Of a stretch of DNA of 64,000 nucleotides, positions 34,613-40,856 are shown in pieces. Positions within the stretch are counted from its first letter, which is position 1; each line of letters opens with the position of its first letter. The position numbers were made by a program, and so were the translations under genes. The notes below the pieces were generated by a model. The model was not told the origin of the DNA, made no database searches, and saw nothing but the letters and a program-made list of their open reading frames with translations. Source of the stretch: Candidatus Uhrbacteria bacterium (GTDB lineage: Bacteria; Patescibacteriota; Patescibacteriia; 2-12-FULL-60-25); contig RHKK01000001.1 in NCBI GenBank assembly GCA_008363075.1, positions 47,758 to 111,757 on the forward strand, in the 5' to 3' direction.

Positions 34613-35908
34613 TCAGCTTCCCGTGCTCCCCGCGCAGCCGGTGGCGAGCGGGGCGGACGAATCCACCACCTGCACCTGGACGCGGCGGACACCGCGGCTC
34701 CACGTGTCGTGGCAGTAGAACGTCCCCTCCCGCGCGGGGCGCCCGTCGAAGGACACCTCCGGGAACCGGGCCGACGGCACGACCGTGTTCAGCGTACCGC
34801 CGAGCACGATCGGGCTTTGGTATCCGGCCCACGAGGGCTCGGCGCCGCCCGACGGACAGAACGTGTCCGTCTGGCAGATCACCGTGGCGTTGTACGGTCC
34901 GGGCGGAAGCGCGGAGACGGGGATGTCGAGCGTACTCGAGCGGCAGCTCGTGTACCATCGCGCACCCGAGTGCAGCCGGATGTCCGGCGCGCCCCCTTCG
35001 GGGCACCACGCGCCGATCTCCGCGAGCGTACTCGCGGCGATGCGGATCCGTACGACGCCGGTCGGCGTCCACGAGGGACCTGCGTCGGTTCCGGCATCCG
35101 TGCCGGCGTCGGTTCCCGCATCGGGCGAACCTGCGTCGGTTCCGGCATCCGTGCCGGCGTCCATGCCCGCATCCGTTCCGGCATCGACTGCGGGCGGACC
35201 GGAGTCCGTACCCGCATCGACCGGAGCCGGCGTTCCCGCGTCGGTGTGCGGCGCGGGACACTCGAGCCCTCGGATCTGCACGCAGTCGCCGAAGTAGCCT
35301 CGCGAAGTATCACACTCGATCCCTCCGTACCACGCAGTCCCGTCGGGACACACGAGCGGACAGACCACGAACGAACCGGACTCGCAGGCCGGGCCGGCGT
35401 CGACGGGCGCCGCGGGTGAACCCGCATCGCTCGCCGTCGCGGCCGGGCCGGCATCGGTTCCGGTCGCGGGCGCATCCGCGTCGGTGTCGGCGCTCGGCCT
35501 GCCCGCGTCCGTCTCCGGACGCGGCGTGGACGAACAGACGAAGCCCACGTCGGGGACGCACTCCCACGCCCAGACGCCGGGCTCGCGTAGCCCGCGCAGA
35601 CATGCGAGATACGCGCTCTCGCATCCCTCCCGGACGCAGCCGTACCGGCCCTCGGAGAAGGCCTGCGCGTCCCGATCGGGATCGCACTCCTCGCCGGAGA
35701 GCGGTCGATCGACGTCCGTACCCGCGTCCATCTCGGGCGGCATCTGCATGCCGCCGTCGGACGGCGTGCGCGGACGCTCGCCGGCATCGGTGATGGGCGC
35801 GAGGCCCGCGTCGCTCTCGAAGATGGGTGCGGGGCCGAAGCTGCCGCATCCGACGAGGGTGCTCGCCGCCACCATGGCGACGAACGCGAACATCTCGATC
35901 TTCTTCAC
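34613..35908 (-). CDS. Cys-rich secreted lipoprotein with GTDAG repeats (paralog 2)
   Basis: GTG start 8 nt after GGAGGA. Signal peptide and lipobox MKKIEMFAFVAMVAASTLVGC, DAGTDAG repeats, and a C-terminal domain ending GCAGSTGS, as in paralog 1. Confidence 0.8.
   Translation of the reverse strand: MKKIEMFAFVAMVAASTLVGCGSFGPAPIFESDAGLAPITDAGERPRTPSDGGMQMPPEMDAGTDVDRPLSGEECDPDRDAQAFSEGRYGCVREGCESAYLACLRGLREPGVWAWECVPDVGFVCSSTPRPETDAGRPSADTDADAPATGTDAGPAATASDAGSPAAPVDAGPACESGSFVVCPLVCPDGTAWYGGIECDTSRGYFGDCVQIRGLECPAPHTDAGTPAPVDAGTDSGPPAVDAGTDAGMDAGTDAGTDAGSPDAGTDAGTDAGTDAGPSWTPTGVVRIRIAASTLAEIGAWCPEGGAPDIRLHSGARWYTSCRSSTLDIPVSALPPGPYNATVICQTDTFCPSGGAEPSWAGYQSPIVLGGTLNTVVPSARFPEVSFDGRPAREGTFYCHDTWSRGVRRVQVQVVDSSAPLATGCAGSTGS
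35079..35161. repeat. 51-nt-period direct duplication inside lipoprotein gene 2
   Basis: The 32-mer CCTGCGTCGGTTCCGGCATCCGTGCCGGCGTC occurs at 35079-35110 and again at 35130-35161. Confidence 0.85.
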
Positions 35909-36061
35909 GTGTCTATCCTCCGCCCCGGCACCTGCCGGAACTGCATATTGTTACCCTCGGCTTTCGCTTCGGGCGGAATCGGACTGAAGTCGGTTGTAAT
36001 GATCGAAATCACGGATTTCGTTCCGTGGTTCGTGCCATCACAGCCAATCTCAGAACCGGGT

Positions 36062-36090
36062 AAAGTAACATAAAATCTATATTTTGTCAA
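36062..36090 (-). promoter_or_regulatory. putative promoter of lipoprotein gene 2
   Basis: The minus strand reads TTGACA-17 nt-TACTTT inside the AT-rich 36060-36180 spacer. Confidence 0.5.
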
Positions 36091-36204
36091 GAAAATATAA
36101 CTTCCAATTTGTTGAAAAGTTAGCGAAATATTTTTCGCTCTGTTAAGCGAATATAACAATATCTATCGCACTTCTTGCTTAAAATTCGCCATTTCTAGAC
36201 AATG

Positions 36205-36759
36205 CATACGTTGCGTTCGCGCAACCACGCTCTGCCGGATCAAACACGGATCGCCCGAAGTCTCGCTATCGGGATCAACCGTCAACAGTACTTTCGCGGC
36301 AGAGAACTCAAAATCCCCGGACGGCCGGGGTCGCTTCCGGACCGAGTCTGGCGTCGCGGACCTGATCACTCCGCGATCGAACCGTCTCTTGGAGGCAGGG
36401 CAGCCTCCGGACCCCGGAATGCGGCTCGCCAAGGCAGACCGATAGCCCGCCGCCACACGGAAGATCGGTCTTCGTTCAACGCTTTCTCCTTTGGAGAGAC
36501 GTGCTATGGGTACCTTTCTGACCTCGCGCCGCTGGTGGCTTCGGCCCGTGGCGCACTGTCCTGCGGGAGCCTTACGAAGCCGCCGTTCGTAAGTGCTACG
36601 CGCCGTGAGCGCCGGCTCTCGGGACCAACGCCTCCCATACGGCGATCGCCCGAATCCGCGCTTCCGTGATCGGTTAGGCTCACTCCGCGTCCGCGAACGG
36701 CGGCCTTCAGACCCTCCCCTGCTTCCCAACGGGCGCTCGGGAGGGTCGATTTATTTGTT
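36205..36759 (+). ncRNA. candidate large structured RNA or long structured leader, unclassified
   Basis: About 550 nt with no credible ORF. It is dense in stable hairpins, including GUUGCG-UUCG-CGCAAC, CCCCGG-ACGG-CCGGGG, AGACCGAU..AUCGGUCU and CUUACGAA..UUCGUAAG. It ends in GACCCUCCC..GGGAGGGUC plus GAUUUAUUUGUU. A weak TTGCTT-17-GACAAT lies at 36175-36203. Strand and ends are uncertain. Confidence 0.35.
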
Positions 36760-36923
36760 CCGAATGCTTGACAGATTCCTCTTTTTTTGATTGGCTTAGG
36801 GGTCGCCGCGCCTTTTGGCGTGACGGAAGCCCTGCCTATTCATCGCCGGCGGGCGCGGCATGGAAGCCGTCCCGACTTTCCATGCCGTTCTTCCATCCCG
36901 ATCGGGACAGAGGAGACCGGATC

Positions 36924-37172
36924 ATGAACCAGCAGCATTCGGATCGTCGACGCATGCACACCGAGAACGTGCATCTCGAGATCGCGATCCCCGTCGTCGC
37001 GAACGTCGCCAAGACGAGCGGCGCGATCGGCCTCGAGGCTTCGGTCCTCGATCTCGACGAAGGCGCGTTCACGCGCCTCACGTCCGCCGCTTGGTGCGGC
37101 ACGCCCGGCTGTTCCGGGTTCGACGACCAGTGGGGTCGGAAGCTGTCGTGCCCCGGCTACGGTCAGGCCTGA
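36924..37172 (+). CDS. 82-aa peptide with a Ser/Thr/Cys-rich C-terminus (lanthipeptide-precursor-like)
   Basis: GGAGA lies 7 nt upstream of the ATG. GC3 is high. The C-terminus is ..VLDLDEGAFTRLTSAAWCGTPGCSGFDDQWGRKLSCPGYGQA. The gene has its own terminator. Confidence 0.6.
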   Translation: MNQQHSDRRRMHTENVHLEIAIPVVANVAKTSGAIGLEASVLDLDEGAFTRLTSAAWCGTPGCSGFDDQWGRKLSCPGYGQA

Positions 37173-37245
37173 TCTCCATCACCCTGAAGAACGAGTCCGA
37201 CGTATCGGACCGGATCACACGCCCGGGCTTCGGCCAGGCGCCTCG

Positions 37246-37290
37246 CCGGCCGCGCGCCGTGCATAAGACACCCGCGGTCGGTTTTTTATT
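37246..37290 (+). terminator. rho-independent terminator after the small peptide gene
   Basis: Stem CCGGCCGCG/CGCGGTCGG followed by TTTTTTATTTG. It abuts the stop of the convergent TrmB gene. Confidence 0.65.
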
Positions 37291-38098
37291 TGTGCAAACG
37301 ATGCTTTGTTTCCCAGTCCGGAGGCGGCGTCCATGCGACGGCGCAGCTCCATGCCATTTCAAACATCGCGCGCAGGATTTCCACGATCTCCTTGCTTTGG
37401 ATGGCAATGGCGGCGAATCGGCCGCGATACACGAACAGGTATGCGTGATCATCGTGGATCGCAAGATCGCCCGTAAACCGGTGGATATTCCAATCGAGTA
37501 CCCGAATATCCGCTCTCTTCGTGTCAAAATACGGCAGATCGTAACCGGGCTTGATGGTCACGAGCGCTCGCGTTTTCAATCTTCTCGGAAGACTGGATCG
37601 AAACTCGTTCGTTTGGAACTTTTTGATCGCTTCAAGCAGATGTTCATCGACCGCGAACATTTCCCACACCTCGCTCTCCACGTTCCCGAGCCTTTGGATG
37701 ATCTCACGCACGGGCTCCTCACCCTCGAGAAACCTGACGCGAGGTTTTTCCCCCGTCGTATTGAAAATCGCCAAAAGCCGGGGCAACGACTCTTCGAGCT
37801 TGCTCTTCTTCGCATTGATGACCTGTGACTGCCTCGTCAGGATCTCGATGAGCTGTTCCGGATTCTCCGCCGCGAACAGCGTCTTTTTCCCCTTTTCGAA
37901 CGTGGAGACGAGGCCGTGCTTTTTGAGACCTTCGATCATCACATAGGTCGTCGTGCGGTTGATACCCGCCTTTTTGGCGATGTCCTGCACGCTCGAGGGG
38001 CCGAGCTCGAGCATGGCGAGATAGGTGTCCGCCTCCTTGGGCGCGAGGCCCAGATCGGCCAGCGCGGCTTTGACGTCGTCCATCATCATACTTGCCAA
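37286..38098 (-). CDS. TrmB family transcriptional regulator
   Basis: 270 aa. The N-terminal wHTH LGLAPKEADTYLAMLELGPSSVQDIAKKAGINRTTTYVMIEGLKKHGLV is typical of TrmB. Confidence 0.85.
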   Translation of the reverse strand: MASMMMDDVKAALADLGLAPKEADTYLAMLELGPSSVQDIAKKAGINRTTTYVMIEGLKKHGLVSTFEKGKKTLFAAENPEQLIEILTRQSQVINAKKSKLEESLPRLLAIFNTTGEKPRVRFLEGEEPVREIIQRLGNVESEVWEMFAVDEHLLEAIKKFQTNEFRSSLPRRLKTRALVTIKPGYDLPYFDTKRADIRVLDWNIHRFTGDLAIHDDHAYLFVYRGRFAAIAIQSKEIVEILRAMFEMAWSCAVAWTPPPDWETKHRLHK

Positions 38099-38103
38099 TC
38101 AGT

Positions 38104-39240
38104 TTACCATGATTCGAGCATACGGAGCGTTTCCGCAGCCGTCCGGCGCCAATCATACTCTTTGGCTCGCGCAAGACCCTTTTCAACCAGTTCCCGGCGA
38201 AGCTCGTCGGAAGCGAGAAGGTTGCGGATGGCTTCGGCAAGTTCGTCCGGATGTTTGGGAGCGAAAAACAGCGCGTTCCCCTTTCCAATGACTTCCGGAA
38301 GGCTCGCCGCGTTCGCACAGATCGCCGGAGTTCCGCACGCCATCGCCTCGAGGGGCGGGAGGCCGAAGCCTTCATAGATCGACGGCTGCACATACGCGGC
38401 GGCGGCGGAGAGAAGCGCGGGCTTGTCGGCCTCGTCGAGATAACCGAGGAGTTTTATTCGAGCGGCGAATTTCGAATGACGAATGACGCGTTTGAGATCC
38501 TCTGCGCCGGTCGTCGCGAGTCCGGAGGGACCGGAAAACGTTCCGGCGAGCACGAGCTCGATCTCCGGATACTCATCCGCGATCATGTCGAAGGCCTTTA
38601 CCAACACGGGAAGATTCTTCTTCTTGTCGATCCGACCGACAAAAAGCAGATATGGCCCCTTGATCCCGTATTTCTCGGCGACTTGCGACTTGCGACTTGC
38701 GACTTGCGGAACGAATCGCTCATGATCCAACCCGAGCGGCGTCACAAAAATCTTTTCTGGATCGGCCCCGTACAGCTCGACGATCTCGCGCTTGCAGAAC
38801 TCGCTTACCGTGATGATTCGCGCACGGCGACGAACGATGTCGCGCGTCGTGATCTCGTGATAGGCGACTTGTATCTTCTTGTACACTTCCGGGAATCGCT
38901 TGAAACCTACGTCGTGGATTGTGACGACGGACTTCTTCGGGGAGACGGCCGGCAACACGTGCGCGGGCACGAACAAAACGCCCGGCGCGCGTCGCACCAT
39001 CTCCCACGACAGACGAGCTTGCGTCCAAAGATATTTTGGCGGCCACGGCAAGCGCCTCTCTTTCCAGTTCGACGGACCGGTTGCAAGTCCGTTTTTCAAC
39101 GGATCATTCGTGTACAGCCAAAACTCATGCCGCGCCGCCTCGGGCAATTCCTTCATCCCTTGGATCACGTGCCACGCATACCACTCCACTCCGGTTTTCA
39201 CCGGACGGTTCGCGCGTGACGCTTCGATGCCGATGCGCAT
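38104..39240 (-). CDS. glycosyltransferase family 4
   Basis: 378 aa. C-domain motif VQPSIYEGFGLPPLEAMACGTP. Confidence 0.88.
   Translation of the reverse strand: MRIGIEASRANRPVKTGVEWYAWHVIQGMKELPEAARHEFWLYTNDPLKNGLATGPSNWKERRLPWPPKYLWTQARLSWEMVRRAPGVLFVPAHVLPAVSPKKSVVTIHDVGFKRFPEVYKKIQVAYHEITTRDIVRRRARIITVSEFCKREIVELYGADPEKIFVTPLGLDHERFVPQVASRKSQVAEKYGIKGPYLLFVGRIDKKKNLPVLVKAFDMIADEYPEIELVLAGTFSGPSGLATTGAEDLKRVIRHSKFAARIKLLGYLDEADKPALLSAAAAYVQPSIYEGFGLPPLEAMACGTPAICANAASLPEVIGKGNALFFAPKHPDELAEAIRNLLASDELRRELVEKGLARAKEYDWRRTAAETLRMLESW
38680..38707. repeat. perfect heptanucleotide tandem repeat (GACTTGC)x4 inside the GT4 coding sequence
   Basis: Read directly from the sequence. It encodes QVASRKSQVA in the linker just before the C-terminal Rossmann domain. 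Confidence 0.95.
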
Positions 39241-39245
39241 GAACC

Positions 39246-39752
39246 TTACGACACCCGTCGCTTGCGCTTACTCGGCGCGACAGGGATGTCATCGTCGGTG
39301 TCTTGGTCCTCAAGCGCTTCGATTTCGCGCTGAAGCCTCTCCACGGACTCCTGTTCTTCCTCCGCCATCTTCCGGGCCCGTGCCAGATCCTCCCGATCGA
39401 GCGCACGCGTGTCCTCAACGCCCCAGACTTTTGCCACGTCGCGTTCGGCGATCGGCGTCTCCTCTTCGCCGAAGTCGGTCCATGAAACCGGTTCTCCGTT
39501 CCCGTTGGCGGGGCGAATACCGGATTCTTCCGGCGCAAGCGTCTCGACGCGACGTGCGCGCTTCGGAAGATTGCCGATGGAGATTTCCGGCTTGGTAAAC
39601 TCTTCCGTTTCCTCCGGCATGACGAGTTCCTGCGTTGGCGCTTCGTACATCCGCTTGCGATGCTCGCGTTTATGTTCCTCCGTCTCGCGTGCGACGGCGG
39701 CAAATATCTCATCGGCGGACGGCTTGGAGGAAGGTTTCTCTAACGATGGCAT
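39246..39752 (-). CDS. hypothetical acidic protein
   Basis: 168 aa, Glu/Asp-rich, sitting between mreB and the GT4 gene in the same orientation. No family recognised. Confidence 0.55.
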   Translation of the reverse strand: MPSLEKPSSKPSADEIFAAVARETEEHKREHRKRMYEAPTQELVMPEETEEFTKPEISIGNLPKRARRVETLAPEESGIRPANGNGEPVSWTDFGEEETPIAERDVAKVWGVEDTRALDREDLARARKMAEEEQESVERLQREIEALEDQDTDDDIPVAPSKRKRRVS

Positions 39753-39778
39753 ATATTCTTAGTTTACACACTCGCCGC

Positions 39779-40783
39779 TCATGACGAAAACACGCTACGT
39801 TTGTAGATCTCGAGATTTTCGAGCGCGATGCCCGTGCCCTTGGCCACGCATTGTTGCGGATTGTCGGCGACGTAGGCCGGCACGCCGGTGGCTTCCGCGA
39901 AGAGACGATCAAGGTTCCGGAGCTGCGAGGAACCGCCCGAAAGCACCATCCCCTTTTGCATGACGTCGGCGGAAAGTTCCGGCGGTGTGGATCGTAACAC
40001 TTCTTTGATCGCATCCACGATGCCCTGCAGCTCATGCTGGATCGCGTCGGTGACGTCATCGGAGGTGACGGTGACGATGCGCGGCAACCCCGCGATCATG
40101 TCGCGGCCCTTCACCTCCATCTCAAGCTTGTCTTCCAGATACAGCGCGGAACCGATGCGGATTTTGATCTCCTCGGCGGTGCGCTCGCCGATGGCGAGAC
40201 CGTGCTTGCGACGCACGTGTTCCTGAATGGCGGAATCGAGCTTGTTGCCGCCGATGCGCACGGATGATGATGCCACGATGCCGCCGAGCGAAATGACGGC
40301 GATTTCCGAGGTGCCGCCGCCGATGTCGATGATCATGTGACCGGAAGCGGAGCCGATCGGGATGTCGGCGCCGATCGCGGCCACCACCGGCTCCTTAATG
40401 ATGTACGCGGCGCGGGCACCGGCGGAAATCGTGGCGTCGATCACGGCGCGCCGTTCCGTGGACGTGATACCGCCCGGCACGGCGACCATGACCTCGGGAC
40501 GGAAGAACCGCATGCCGCCGAGCGCCTTATTAATAAAATATCGAAGCATGGCCTCGGTGGTACGGTAGTCGGCGATCACGCCGTCCTTGAGCGGGCGGCG
40601 AGCGACGATCGTGTCGGGCGTCCGTCCGATCATGTCCTTCGCCTCTTTGCCGACGGCCAGCACCTTGCGGTCGGCAAGCGACACCGCCACGACGGACGGC
40701 TCGTTGATGATGATGCCTTTTTTCGGGATGTACACGAGCACGGTCGTGGTCCCAAGGTCGATGCCGATTTTTTTTCCGAACAT
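39779..40783 (-). CDS. mreB: rod shape-determining protein MreB
   Basis: MFGKKIGIDLGTTTVLVY.., DIGGGTSEIAVISLGG, GMVLSGGSSQLRNLD. The longest ORF (40864) runs through the heptad arrays. Confidence 0.95.
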   Translation of the reverse strand: MFGKKIGIDLGTTTVLVYIPKKGIIINEPSVVAVSLADRKVLAVGKEAKDMIGRTPDTIVARRPLKDGVIADYRTTEAMLRYFINKALGGMRFFRPEVMVAVPGGITSTERRAVIDATISAGARAAYIIKEPVVAAIGADIPIGSASGHMIIDIGGGTSEIAVISLGGIVASSSVRIGGNKLDSAIQEHVRRKHGLAIGERTAEEIKIRIGSALYLEDKLEMEVKGRDMIAGLPRIVTVTSDDVTDAIQHELQGIVDAIKEVLRSTPPELSADVMQKGMVLSGGSSQLRNLDRLFAEATGVPAYVADNPQQCVAKGTGIALENLEIYKRSVFSS

Positions 40784-40790
40784 AAGAGGC

Positions 40791-40856
40791 GAGTAACGAG
40801 TAACAAGTAACGAGTCACGTCCCGCGGCCTCCGACGATACTCGATACTCGCTACTC
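40791..40856. repeat. two heptad arrays, (GAGTAAC-like)x4 and (GATACTC-like)x3, forming an imperfect inverted repeat 5' of mreB
   Basis: gagtaac/gagtaac/aagtaac/gagtcac, then 17 nt, then gatactc/gatactc/gctactc. The reverse complement of GAGTAAC is GTTACTC. Confidence 0.85.

Noticed and set aside
32535-35793. The long plus-strand ORFs 32535-34055 (506 aa) and 34609-35793 (394 aa).
   Set aside because: They are antisense to the two Cys-rich lipoprotein genes. Their translations are dominated by Arg, Gly, Pro and Ala, and they have no start context.
36163-36729. The 188-aa minus-strand and 155-aa plus-strand ORFs in the 36.2-36.7 kb region.
   Set aside because: Both translations are Arg/Ser/Pro/Gly-rich with no hydrophobic core or periodic GC3 signal. 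The DNA is instead full of stable hairpins, so I treated it as non-coding.
36205-36759. Known RNA families for the structured region: RNase P RNA, tmRNA, SRP RNA, and TPP or cobalamin riboswitch.
   Set aside because: - RNase P: a P4-like pairing with a bulged U can be drawn (GAGUCUGGCG with CGCCGGCUC), but the conserved GGAAAGUCC and ACAGAA contexts and the GGUAA/GUGAAAGG modules are absent.
- tmRNA: there is no tRNA-like 3' end and no ..LAA-type tag ORF.
- SRP: the CCGGAA..GCCAAGGCAGA resemblance to 4.5S RNA lacks a closed GNAR tetraloop helix.
- TPP: ACCUGAUC is present, but CUGAGA and the UAAU pyrimidine-sensor helix are not.
- Cobalamin: CACUGU is present without a convincing B12 box or GGGAA core.

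A covariance-model search is needed for certainty.
32673-37172. A diversity-generating retroelement (template and variable repeats) acting on the lipoprotein C-termini.
   Set aside because: No reverse transcriptase gene and no template-repeat/variable-repeat pair with adenine-specific mismatches could be found in the window.
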